Shown here: positions 1 through 9,889 of the stretch, in pieces
Layout: each line of letters starts with the position of its first letter
How positions within the stretch are numbered: the first letter of the stretch is position 1
From: Felis catus
Lineage: Eukaryota
NCBI RefSeq assembly: GCF_018350175.1
Contig: NC_058368.1
Location: forward strand, 231,014,001-231,078,000
Length of the DNA: 64,000 nucleotides
Direction of reading: 5' to 3'
Translations under genes and position numbers: made by a program
Notes under the pieces: generated by a model
The model's input: only the letters and a program-made list of their open reading frames with translations
Databases searched by the model: none
What the model was told of the DNA's origin: nothing

Positions 1-202
1 GGTTCTGTGCCATTTCAACCCACGTGTAGACCACCACAGTCCAGATGCAGGCCTGGCCGTCACCACAGGCCCCCGCCTGCCACCCCGTTAGGGAGGCCCT
101 CACTCCTCCTCTCTCAGAAACCCTAGCCCCGGCAACCCATAAGCTGGTCTTCATTGCTACAACTGCATTATTTCAAGAATGTTCACAAATGGAATTACAC
201 AG
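1..202 (-). mobile_element. Old L1 (L1M-type) 3' fragment
   Basis: Resembles antisense L1M 3' UTR (ggcaacccataagctg...atttcaagaatgttcacaaatggaattacacag). Confidence 0.55.
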
Positions 203-679
203 CCTAATTGCCCACCTTCCTTCATGTTTAAATCAACTTCCTGCACCTTCCGCCGTCTCGGGAAATGTGCGACGCTGAATTTATGGTAACACCCTGCTCC
301 TGCCTCTTCAAGGGGCCCACCTCTACACCCCCCGCCTGGCCTCTCACCGCTGGAATGGCCCTCGCTCGGCAGGTGCTGTATCTGATCCAGGAGTCAGTTA
401 AATCCCAGAAACAGAAGCAAGAGAGAAATGCTTGACTCCACATCCTATCACTTGCCTACTCCGGATTGAACTTATTCAGAGCTGACATGAATACACCTTG
501 GGAAGCATACATCTGTTTTTGTGACTTTGAAATTGCTCTCAGTCCCACGACTCCAACCCAATTTTGCCACTGAGCCGTCACTCGAGATTTCATGTCTACC
601 GTAATTTCCTATCTCTGACTTGGTAGAAATAAGTAAAATTCACCTTCAATTGTCTTTCAAACTTAAGAACATCACTTGA

Positions 680-885
680 GGGGCGCCTGGGTGGCTCAGT
701 CAGTTGAGCGGCCGACTTCAGCTCAGGTCATGATCTCATGGTTCATCAGTTCGAGACCCACGTCGGGCCCTGTGCTGACAGCTCAGATCCTGGAGCCTGC
801 TTCGGATTCTGTGTCTCCCTCTCTCTCTGCCCCTCCCCTGCTCGCACTGTCTCTCTCAAAAATAAATCAACATTAAAAAAAATTA
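680..885 (+). mobile_element. Can-SINE
   Basis: GGGGCGCCTGGGTGGCTCAG head, CT-rich body, A tail; 16-bp TSD taagaacatcacttga (664-679 / 886-901). Confidence 0.95.
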
Positions 886-988
886 TAAGAACATCACTTG
901 AAAACAGTCTCATTTATGTACACACACACAATGAATAACATCAAGGATTCTTAACATCCTACTTCATCTTAAAATCTGACTCCATAAG

Positions 989-989
<1 letters not shown>

Positions 990-1030
<41 letters not shown>
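990..1030. repeat. (CA)n microsatellite
   Basis: About 20 uninterrupted CA units. Confidence 0.95.
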
Positions 1031-1033
<3 letters not shown>

Positions 1034-1172
1034 CATACCTACACCATCATTCCACCAGCCTGTCTAAAAAAATTACTTCCCAATTGTCTTGAATGAAACA
1101 TACTTTCTTTGTTCACATATGTTAACAACTTCTCTACAACCTTCTTATTTCTTTTAATTAAAAGGAATTACA

Positions 1173-1598
1173 GGGGCGCCTGGGTGGCTCAGTTGGTTAA
1201 GTGTCTGACTCCGGCTCAGGTCATGATCTTGCAGTTCACGAGTTCGAGCCCTGCGTTGGGCTCTGTGCTGACAGCTCAGAGCCAGGAGCCTGCTTTGTAT
1301 TCTGTGTCTCCCTCTGTCTCTGGCCCTCTCCCTTTCTCTCTCTCTCAAAAATAAACATTAAGGGGCGCCTGGGTGGCGCAGTCGGTTAAGCGTCCGACTT
1401 CAGCCAGGTCACGATCTCGCGGTCCGTGAGTTCAAGCCCCGCGTCGGGCTCTGGGCTGATGGCTCAGAGCCTGGAGCCTGTTTCCGATTCTGTGTCTCCC
1501 TCTCTCTCTCTGCCCCTCCCCCGTTCATGCTCTGTCTCTCTCTGTCCCAAAAATAAATAAACATTGAAAAAAAAATAAACATTAAAATTTTTTTTTAA
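1173..1598 (+). mobile_element. Can-SINE with a young SINEC_Fc (1362-1570) nested in its tail
   Basis: Outer TSD aaaaggaattaca (1160-1172 / 1599-1611); inner TSD aaaaataaacattaa (1347-1361 / 1571-1585). Confidence 0.93.
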
Positions 1599-1764
1599 AA
1601 AAGGAATTACATATTATTTTATGTATGGAACTACTTAATTTGGAGAAATCATAGACTATCATTTGGTTATCATTTAGAATAACTGACCCAATAGGCTGTA
1701 AGGCTAGTCTCAAGAAATTTCAAGTAAGTATCATATAGACCATATTCTCAGTATGGTCTATATG

Positions 1765-1885
1765 TGCTGTGCTGACAGCTTGGAGCCTGCTTGGGATTCT
1801 CTCTCTCCCTCTCTCTTTGCCCCTCCGCTACTTGCACTCTCTCTTTCTCTCCCAAAATAAATAAACAAATAAACATTAAATAAAA
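1765..1885 (+). mobile_element. 5'-truncated Can-SINE
   Basis: Starts mid-body (tgtgctgacagc...gagcctgcttgggattct); A tail; TSD agaccatatt(c/t)tc. Confidence 0.88.
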
Positions 1886-1997
1886 AGACCATATTTTCTG
1901 AATCAGGCTTAAAAAATTCATTTAATAAAGCTTAAAGATATGTATTTTAAAAATGTTAAACATAATCCTAAATAACTTCTAGATCAGAAAAAGAAGA

Positions 1998-2182
1998 GGG
2001 GCACCTGGGTGGCTCAGTCGGTTGAGCATTCGACTCTTGGTTTGGGCTCAGGTCATGATCCCAGGGTCATGAGTTCAAGCCCCACATTGGGCTCTGCAAT
2101 GAAAATGGAAGCTGCTTAAGATGCTCTCTCTCCCTCCCTCTCCTTCTTCCCCTCCCCCATGCCCTCTCTCTAAAATAAATAA
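1998..2182 (+). mobile_element. Can-SINE (older subfamily)
   Basis: Typical head, CT tract and A tail. Confidence 0.9.
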
Positions 2183-2210
2183 GGAAGAAGAAAAGAAATC
2201 CTAATGTAAA

Positions 2211-2415
2211 TTTTTTTTTTTTTATTTTTGGAACAGAGAGAGACAGAGCATGAACGGGGGAGGGGCAGAGAGAGAGGGAGACACAGAATCGGAAACAGGC
2301 TCCAGGCTCTGAGCCATCAGCCCAGAGCCTGACACGGGGCTCGAACTCCCGGGCCACGAGATCGTGACCTGGCTGAAGTCAGACGCTTAACCGACTGCGC
2401 CACCCAGGCGCCCCC
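2211..2415 (-). mobile_element. Young feline SINEC_Fc
   Basis: Reverse complement of the young consensus (gactgcgccacccaggcgcccc; ggaaacaggctccaggctctgagccatcagcccagag). Confidence 0.93.
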
Positions 2416-2499
2416 AAAACTGTTACTTTAATAAACCTGAAGGAAATAATTTTTTTTTACAGACAGAAACTGATGAAACAGTGAGGAAGCAGATCCAGA

Positions 2500-2626
2500 G
2501 GGATGCCCGCATGGCTCAACTGGTTAAGCATCCCCCTCTTGATCTCAGCTCAGGTCTTGATATCTGGGTCGTGAGTTCAAACCCGACACTGGGCTCTGCA
2601 CTGAGCCTGAAGCCCTACTTAAAAAA
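2500..2626 (+). mobile_element. Short Can-SINE variant
   Basis: tRNA-like head followed directly by an A tail, no CT tract. Confidence 0.75.
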
Positions 2627-3432
2627 AGAACAAAGAGCAAAAGTTGACTCTCTAAAAGAAGTAATTGGATGGATATTTTGTATGATATTCATCACAAAAG
2701 AGAAACAGCACAAATTTAAAAATATACTAAAACAGCTATAAGGCAGTTATAACAAACATTAAAAAGGAAACTCTATAAAAACCTCTGACAATTGACCTTC
2801 AAAACTTAGAAAAAATAGGAGACTTCCACAGAAAAACAGCCATTTCCGTAACGGACTCAGGAAGAAGAGAAAATCTGAATTATCCCATAACCATTAGAGG
2901 TACTGACCTAAACATCTGACAGGACGGCTTGGATTCTAGCAACTTAAACAATTAGTTAAATACTTAGAGCATTTCCTATCTCAAAGCCATATGTAGCAGT
3001 TCTCGTGCAAAATCGCTTTGAATAGCTTGCATATTATACTGATATAAATGTTAGACGAATAAATGGTATTCCAGGAGTTCGTATACCTCGTTATTTCATA
3101 TTTCTAGAACACCTCTGCCTTAGTCTTCCCTTACAAGTATAGGATGAAAAAGCAATCTGATGTTCAAAATCACCCCAACCACTACCCCATTCCCCATGGA
3201 CACCCAGAGGAGGCAAGGGCACAGTGGAGAGACCCATGGGGGGCTCCACGGAGCAGCGGGAGCAGCCTGGGGTCCTTCTAGAACCCGGCTCTCCTGACGT
3301 ACTAGATGCCTTCTCCCCTAAGCCTCACTTTCTTCAACTACAAAAAGGTGGGCACAAATAACCTCTAAAATCTCTTCCAGTTCCAAAATCCCATGACAAG
3401 GGTCTTTCTAAATTTCTAAAACCTTCACCCAA

Positions 3433-4040
3433 GCTACGACCCATTAATTGCACTACTAGGAATTTACCCAAAGGATACAGGAGTGCTGATGCCTAGGGCC
3501 ACATGCACAACAATGTTTATAGCAGCGCCTTCAACAACAGCCAAAGTATGGAAAGAACCCAAATGTCCATCAACTGATGAATGGATACAGAAGATGTGGT
3601 TTTATATACCATGGAATACTACTTGGCAACGAGAAAGAATGAAATCTAGCCATTTGCAGCAATGTGGATGGAACTGGAGGGTATTATACTACGTGAAATT
3701 AGTCAGAGACAGGCAGATATGTTTTAACTCATATGTGGAACTTGAGAAACTTAACAGAAGACCATGGGGGAAGAAGGGAAAGGGAAAAAATTAGTTTCAA
3801 ATAGAGAGGGGGGCAAACCATAAGAAACTTAAATACAGAGAACAAAACTGAGGGTTGATGGGTTGGGGGGAGAGAGGAAAAAGGGTGATGGGCATTAAGG
3901 AGGGCACTTGTTGGGATGAGCACTGGGTGTTGTATGTAAGTGATGAATCATGGGAATTTAATCCCGAAGCCAAGAGCACCCTGTATGTTAGCTAACTTGA
4001 CAATAAATTATTTTTTTAATAAATAAATAAATAAAATAAA
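3433..4040 (+). mobile_element. Carnivore/felid L1 3' end (ORF2 C-terminus, 3' UTR, poly-A)
   Basis: Encodes degenerate ORF2 end (CTTMFIAA...WKEPKCPSTDEWIQKMW); felid-type 3' UTR gggatgagcactgggtgttgtatg...gacaataaa; (TAAA)n tail. Confidence 0.92.
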
Positions 4041-4049
4041 AGACCATTT

Positions 4050-4140
4050 TATAGTAGATTAAATACAGAAGCAAATATAAGAATTTAGCTTATACTATAA
4101 AGTCAGACATTAAAGAGTTTTTCAAAAATCTAAAACAATG
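4050..4140 (+). mobile_element. hAT-Charlie DNA transposon remnant
   Basis: acagaagcaaatataagaatttagct...cagacattaaagag...taaaacaatg resembles the recalled Charlie1 terminal region. Confidence 0.5.
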
Positions 4141-4195
4141 GGTAAAAAAAACTCAGAAAAATTAAATTAAAACAGGACTTTGGGAACTGATGCTT

Positions 4196-4386
4196 TTTTT
4201 TTTTAATGTGTATTTATTTTGAGAGGGGTGGGGCTAGCAAGGGTGGGGCAGAGAAAGGAGAGAGAGAGAAAATCCCACTGACAGTACAGAGCCTGATGCA
4301 GGGCTCGGACTCATGAACCATGAAATCGTCACCTGAGCTGAAATCCAGAGTCAGACGCTTAACCAACTGAGCCACCCAGGTGCCCC
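4196..4386 (-). mobile_element. Can-SINE
   Basis: Antisense SINE; TSD gga(a/g)ctgatgctt. Confidence 0.9.
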
Positions 4387-4549
4387 AGGAGCTGATGCTT
4401 ACTGATATTGGATGGTTAGGAGGCAGACGCTCTTAGTACCCTCTATTTGGGAGTCTATCTGAAATTTTCCTTCAAAAAACTAAGTTTAAAATAAACAAAT
4501 AAATGCTCAGGGTTAGTGAATGACATCTTTTACAAACAAAAGCAAATCC

Positions 4550-4815
4550 ACCCTCAAGAGGGCTTGGCCTTGTGACTTGCTTCAGCAGAAGGGACGCTGA
4601 TCCTTTTTCGCTCTCCTGCCCTGGAGAACGAGCCCAGGCCAGCCTGCTGGAGGATGAGAAAACCCACCGGACAGAGTCACCCCAGATAAGACCTCCCTGG
4701 TCCTGCCATCGTCAGCAGACTCCCGCTGGTCTCAAGTCAAGCCAAGATCAGCGGAGCTGGACCGTCCTTAGCAAAATGTTTACTGTCCTACACGCCCTGG
4801 GGGTGTCACAGTTAT
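4550..4815 (+). mobile_element. Old MaLR LTR fragment (MLT1-like)
   Basis: ggccttgtgacttgctt...ccagcctgctggaggatgaga motifs. Confidence 0.45.
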
Positions 4816-4884
4816 TCCTTATTCCACATTCTTGTGTCCAAGGAAAACTGGTACAGTTGTATCAAAAACACATGGGAGACTCTT

Positions 4885-5157
4885 AATGGTATAATAATGG
4901 GTACATTCGTCCAAACCCACAGAATGTATAACACCAAGAATGAACCCCAATGTAAACCATGGATTTGGGGGATCCTAATGGGTCAATGCAGGTTCATCAG
5001 TTGTAACAAATACACACTCTGCTTGCGGATGTTGGTAACGGGGGAACCTATGCATGTGCTGGGACAGGAGGTCGACGGGAAATCTCTGTACCTTCCCTTT
5101 AATTTTGCTGTGAATCTAAAACTGTTCTTAAAAAATTACACCCTTAAAAAAAAAAAA
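4885..5157 (+). mobile_element. L1MC-type 3' end
   Basis: gtccaaacccacagaatgtataacaccaaga...ggaaatctctgtaccttcc...ttttgctgtgaatctaaaactg then A tail. Confidence 0.8.
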
Positions 5158-5166
5158 ATCAGAGAT

Positions 5167-5494
5167 GGGGCACCTGGGTGGCTCCGTCGGTTAAGCGTCC
5201 GACTCTCGATTTCGGCTCAGGTCATGATCTCCCAGTTTATGAGTTTGAGCTCCCGGCGGGCTCTGCACTGATGGTGTGAAGCCTGCTTGGGAATCTCTCT
5301 CCCTCTCTCTCTCTGCCCCTCCCCTGCTTGTGTTCTCCCTCTCTCCCTCTCTCTCTCTAAAAATAACGAAATAAACTTAAACTTAAAATAGAATAAAATA
5401 AAATAAAATAAAATAAAATAAAATAAAATAAAATAAAATAAAATAAAATAAAATAAAATAAAATAAAATAAAATAAAATAAAATAAAAATAAAA
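5167..5494 (+). mobile_element. Can-SINE with expanded (TAAAA)n tail
   Basis: SINE head at 5167; pentamer array ~5393-5494. Confidence 0.92.
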
Positions 5495-6205
5495 GCAAAG
5501 ATTCAGAAAAGCACATGGACCTCCCTACTGATGCTGGGCCCAGAGCAAAGCCCCCACCCCTGCATGGTCCCTGGGGAGGAAGAAGCACAAATCGGTCAGC
5601 CTGTCTGCCGCATGCACGTGTCGGCTTCAGCTGACCGCCTCTCTGCTCCCGCCCCTTGGGCTCCGGTCTAATCTGCTTGTTGTCCCTTCCCACCCCTCCC
5701 CCACACTTCAGAATCTACGATAACACACTAACATACAGCCCCAACAGCAAAGTCAAGCTCCCTGCCCACAAGCTCTCGCGCTTGACTGCCTGCCGGCCCT
5801 CAACTCCACAGAGGCCAGAAGTCACTTTTCATCAACGCGAGGCCACTCTCGGCACATTCAGTGCATGAGGCCTGGGAGCCGCCGAAGGGCTGGGTGTGAA
5901 TTCCAAACCACCTGAGTCTCAGTTTGGGGAAAGGTGATTCCGAAGTTTGTAAATCTCGCTGCTGCATTCGAAAAACAAACAAGAAACAAAAATCGAACCC
6001 AAATTTTTCCTTACGGGTGTGTCAAGATAAAAGGCCCTGTCACTGCTGCAAATGTATAAAACGCGAGTGAAGGAAGAGTTCGCCGGTGCCGAGGTGTGGC
6101 TTTGCTGAACCGAGAGCCAAGAGACAAAGGGGCGGAGGGGCCTTCGGAGAGTCCCTAGAAGTTAACCATATGTGAGAAGAGTTACAGCAAGAAAGGAGTG
6201 CAACA

Positions 6206-6652
6206 GGGGTGCGTGGGTGGCTCAGCTGGCTAAGCATCTGACTTCGGCTCAGGTCCTGATCTCACCCTTTGTGAGTTCAAGCCCCGCATGGCGCTGTCTG
6301 CTGTTAGGGCGGAGCCTGCTTTGGATCCTCTGTCCCACTCTCTCTCTCTCTGCCCCTCTCCTGCTCGTGCTCTCTCTCTCTAAAAAAGAAACATTTTTTA
6401 AAACATTAAAAAAAAAAAAGGGGGCGCCTGGGTGGCTCAGTCAGTTGAGCATCCAACTTCGGCTCAGGTCACGATCTGACGGTCTGTGAGTTCGAGCCCC
6501 GCGTCGGGCTCTGTGCTGACAGCTCGGAGCCTGGAGCCTACTTCAGAGCCTGGGTCTCCCTCTCTCTCTGCCCCTCCCCCTGCTCACGCCTTGTCTCTGT
6601 CTTTCAAAAAAATAAGTAAACATTAAAAAAAATTTATAAACAATAAAAAAAG
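6206..6652 (+). mobile_element. Two tandem Can-SINEs (6206-6420, 6421-6652)
   Basis: Two heads; outer TSD ggagtgcaaca (6195-6205 / 6653-6663). Confidence 0.92.
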
Positions 6653-8498
6653 GGAGTGCAACATTTTCAATTTAGCATAATTGGGTCTAGTTTGGTTCAA
6701 GAGCTATCTGACACGCAAAGTGCTGTTCTGCAACAGGGAAAGCAGCACAAACACGTCCTTTGGCTTCAGTCCTGTCTCCAGAGCTGTCACAGCCATAAAG
6801 GTGGAACTCAGGAGATAATAAGTGGAAGAGAAGAATTAAGAAAGAGAATTATGGCAGCTTGCAGTGTCCCCAAGTCAGAGGGAACAAAACCACCATAAAT
6901 CTAAATGACAGCAAGAACACAGTTTGAATGTTACTGGAGAATCATTTGACAAATATTTACGTGTTGCATATTAAAGGATGCAATCCTTTTAGAGCAATAA
7001 AGATTTTAGAAGAAAACCGTATGCTGACCCACATCCAAGACAAAACCCATCTCAGGAGCCAGGAGAGAGCACGTTTTTAAACAAGACACATCTGATCCTT
7101 GGTTACTCAAACCAAATGAAACATCTGTCAGCTCAGGAAGCACGCTCTTCTTAACTAACAGGAGATTATTAGCTCAACAAGTATACCCAGAAAACCTTTC
7201 AGAGCCTTTGCAGACATTTCTCTTCTAGAAACCTGGCTGTGGGCACTAACTCTGAGCTGTGCATTCTGCTGTTCGCGCAATTACCCCTCTGCTCCCAAAC
7301 CTCTCTCTAGGGCTTTCTGTAAGGTTTTTACTGTCCCTCATTGTGGTAAGCTCGTAGATCAGGCCCAAAGGGCTCATGCCTCAGGGCCTTTGCACCTGCT
7401 TTGCCCTCTGCCCAGTGTGCTTTCCCCCACCTATCTTCTCTACATCTTAGTCAGATGTCACCTGCTCTCTCAAGTGACCACTCTCAATCCCTGAACCCCT
7501 AGACTGTGCTTACCCAGCTCCAGAGGCTGCTGGCTAGATCCCCGCGAAGGTGCCCCTGGGATGAGAACCTGAAGGCAGTGGGTGAGCGAGTCACGTGGCC
7601 ATCTGGAGAGGCACACCTCAGCCCCAAGGCTGACCGCTGTCATGCTGAAAACAGCTGGCTTCCCAATCTCCTGTTTCTTAGCCAGCTGCCCTGGGCCAGC
7701 CTCTTACCACCTGACCCAGGTTGGCGTCTCCAGCTCGGGCTCCTACATCCCCCCCTCTCTGTACCACCCCACAACCAACCATACTGCCCCTGCCAACACC
7801 CCCTTGGCTCGGTCAGCCAGATCAGAACATCTTCCCTCCACTCCCCCCAAGTCTCCCCTGGGCTCCCGGGATGCTCCAAGCTGCTTGCGTTGGAGACATT
7901 AGCCCCACATCTCTTTAGACTGCCTTCGGGGGCCCTGCCTCTGGCTCTAAGCACCAGGAGCTATTACTCTCTGGGTTCTCTCCTCAAATAAAAGGTGGCC
8001 TCGTAAAGACAAGCACTGTTTGATTTTTCTCCACGTCTCCTACAGGACCTAACCACTGCCTGGCACAAAATACGTCTGTAAGAAACGCTATGCAATGACT
8101 CGCTACCCCATTTGCCACTGGTCGTGTATTTGCACTTTACCACACTTAATTCTCAGTTTTCACAGGAAGAGGGAGGCTGTTTGATCAACAGAATCTAGGA
8201 GCCACTGGGAAGAACAGAAGCTCTGGCCTCCCTCCTCCCCCAAAGCACCTAACGCAGGACTTGCTCCTGATGAGAAGATACAGGGGCCCAAGGGTCTTGC
8301 AGTCTGTCAGACGAGTACCGTTTCTCCATCCTGATTTGGAGGGGAGCAGAGAGGAGGAGCCTCAATGCAGAGGAACAAACAGAGACTCTGTAATCAAGGG
8401 GAAAAGCCGAGAGAAAAAGAGCTTTGCCTGGCAGAAGAGAAAATTGCCGGAGGAGGCTGGCGAGAAACAGACAAGATGCTAAACAAGGGCCATGTCAG

Positions 8499-8728
8499 GG
8501 GCGCGTGGGTGGCTCAGTCGGTTGAGCATCCAACTTCAGCTCAGGTCATGATCTCACGGTTCGTGGGTCCGAGCCCCGCATCGGGCTCTGTGCTGACAGC
8601 TCCAAGTCTGGAGCCTGCTTCGGGTTCTATGTGTCCCTCTCTCTCTATCCCTCCCCACTCATGCTCTGTCTCTGTCTCTAAAAAAAATGAATAAACGTTA
8701 AAAAAAAATTTTTTAATAAATAAAAAAA
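8499..8728 (+). mobile_element. Can-SINE
   Basis: 19-bp TSD taaacaagggccatgtcag (8480-8498 / 8729-8747). Confidence 0.95.
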
Positions 8729-9889
8729 TAAACAAGGGCCATGTCAGAGGGCCATGTGCATGAGGGGGTCGCGTACTCACCACGCCAGGAGGTACAACTA
8801 GGAAACCGAGGCAGAGAGGCTGGACCCTGTTCCGCTGTCCATTTCTACTGTCCTTCCCCGACTCTATGCTGAGGGAGTGGCTTTCAAAAGTAGCCCAGAA
8901 ACCCAGTCGGTCAGGCCCAACTCCCCTGGCATCGGCTTATCGTTCAGTTGGCTTGAAGGCGGCCGTTCCCAAACTTTTATTTCTTGCCCCCGAAGGGAAC
9001 ATAATAAAGCTGAGCCCAGGGGAGCCTCGAAGTGGGGGTTGGACAAGCCAGGCTGGGCCTCTGCCCACCCGGGCCCACTGGAGACCCCAGGCTGCCCAGG
9101 ACACAGGACCTACCGGCCCCCCACCATGTTCTTCCAGATCCCTGTGGGGCTTCCTTAAAAGCAGGGCCTGATGCCTCCTTCAGGAAAGAGAGGTCTCCTG
9201 TACACATGTGTGTGTGAAAACTCACCTGACTAATAGCCAAAGCAGAGGTGCAGAAAGGGCCCCAGCGGCCCACGCACCTTCCCAGAGAGGGGGGAGGGAA
9301 GCTGGGATACAGGCACTGTCCTGAGTCACAAGGCCACGGAGGCCTCAGGGCTGCACCAAGCACAGTCCCTTCTGCCATTTCACACGCTGTGTCAAGCGAG
9401 CCGCCCAAGTGGCAGAAAGTGACACCAGCGGGTCCCAACTTGACTGAGCTGAGCCCAAAACACAGGCAGAGACAAACCACTCTGCTCCAGAGATAAGCCA
9501 AAGGCACAGGGTCACAGCACACAAGTACAATCGGGGCCTTTCTGTCAGCTAGGGCAGGGGAGCAGGTGCACCTGCACTCCAGAGTTGTGCCAGGCTGAGG
9601 CTGCAGACGCCCCTGGAGACTGTGACAGTCAGGTGAGAAGCAGCCGCTGTCCACCCAGCGCAGGCTAACGGGCACTTGGTCGCTGTGGTCGCTGTGCGGT
9701 TTTTCCCTCCGTGTGTTGGGCTGTTCTAGTCATTCTCAAGTCCTCGAAAGCCAACTTTTTCTTTCCTTTTCGAGATGCGCCCTGCCATCTGTGAGTCTTG
9801 ACGTGATTAATGGATACCCCGTGCCTCTCTCCACCTCCACCTCTGCCTGCCCTATTTGGTGGGTGTCTGCCCCTCCACTGCCCTTCCAG

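Larger units (their letters stand above)
1640..2910 (+). mobile_element. Old degenerate L1 ORF2 fragment interrupted by SINEs
   Basis: L1-like segments (gtctcaagaaatttcaa...catatagaccatattctc; aaaacttagaaaaaatagg...actcaggaagaagagaaaatctgaat). Confidence 0.55.

Noticed and set aside
3483..3794. ORF with L1 ORF2 similarity
   Set aside because: Frameshifted, 5'-truncated L1 remnant, not a gene.
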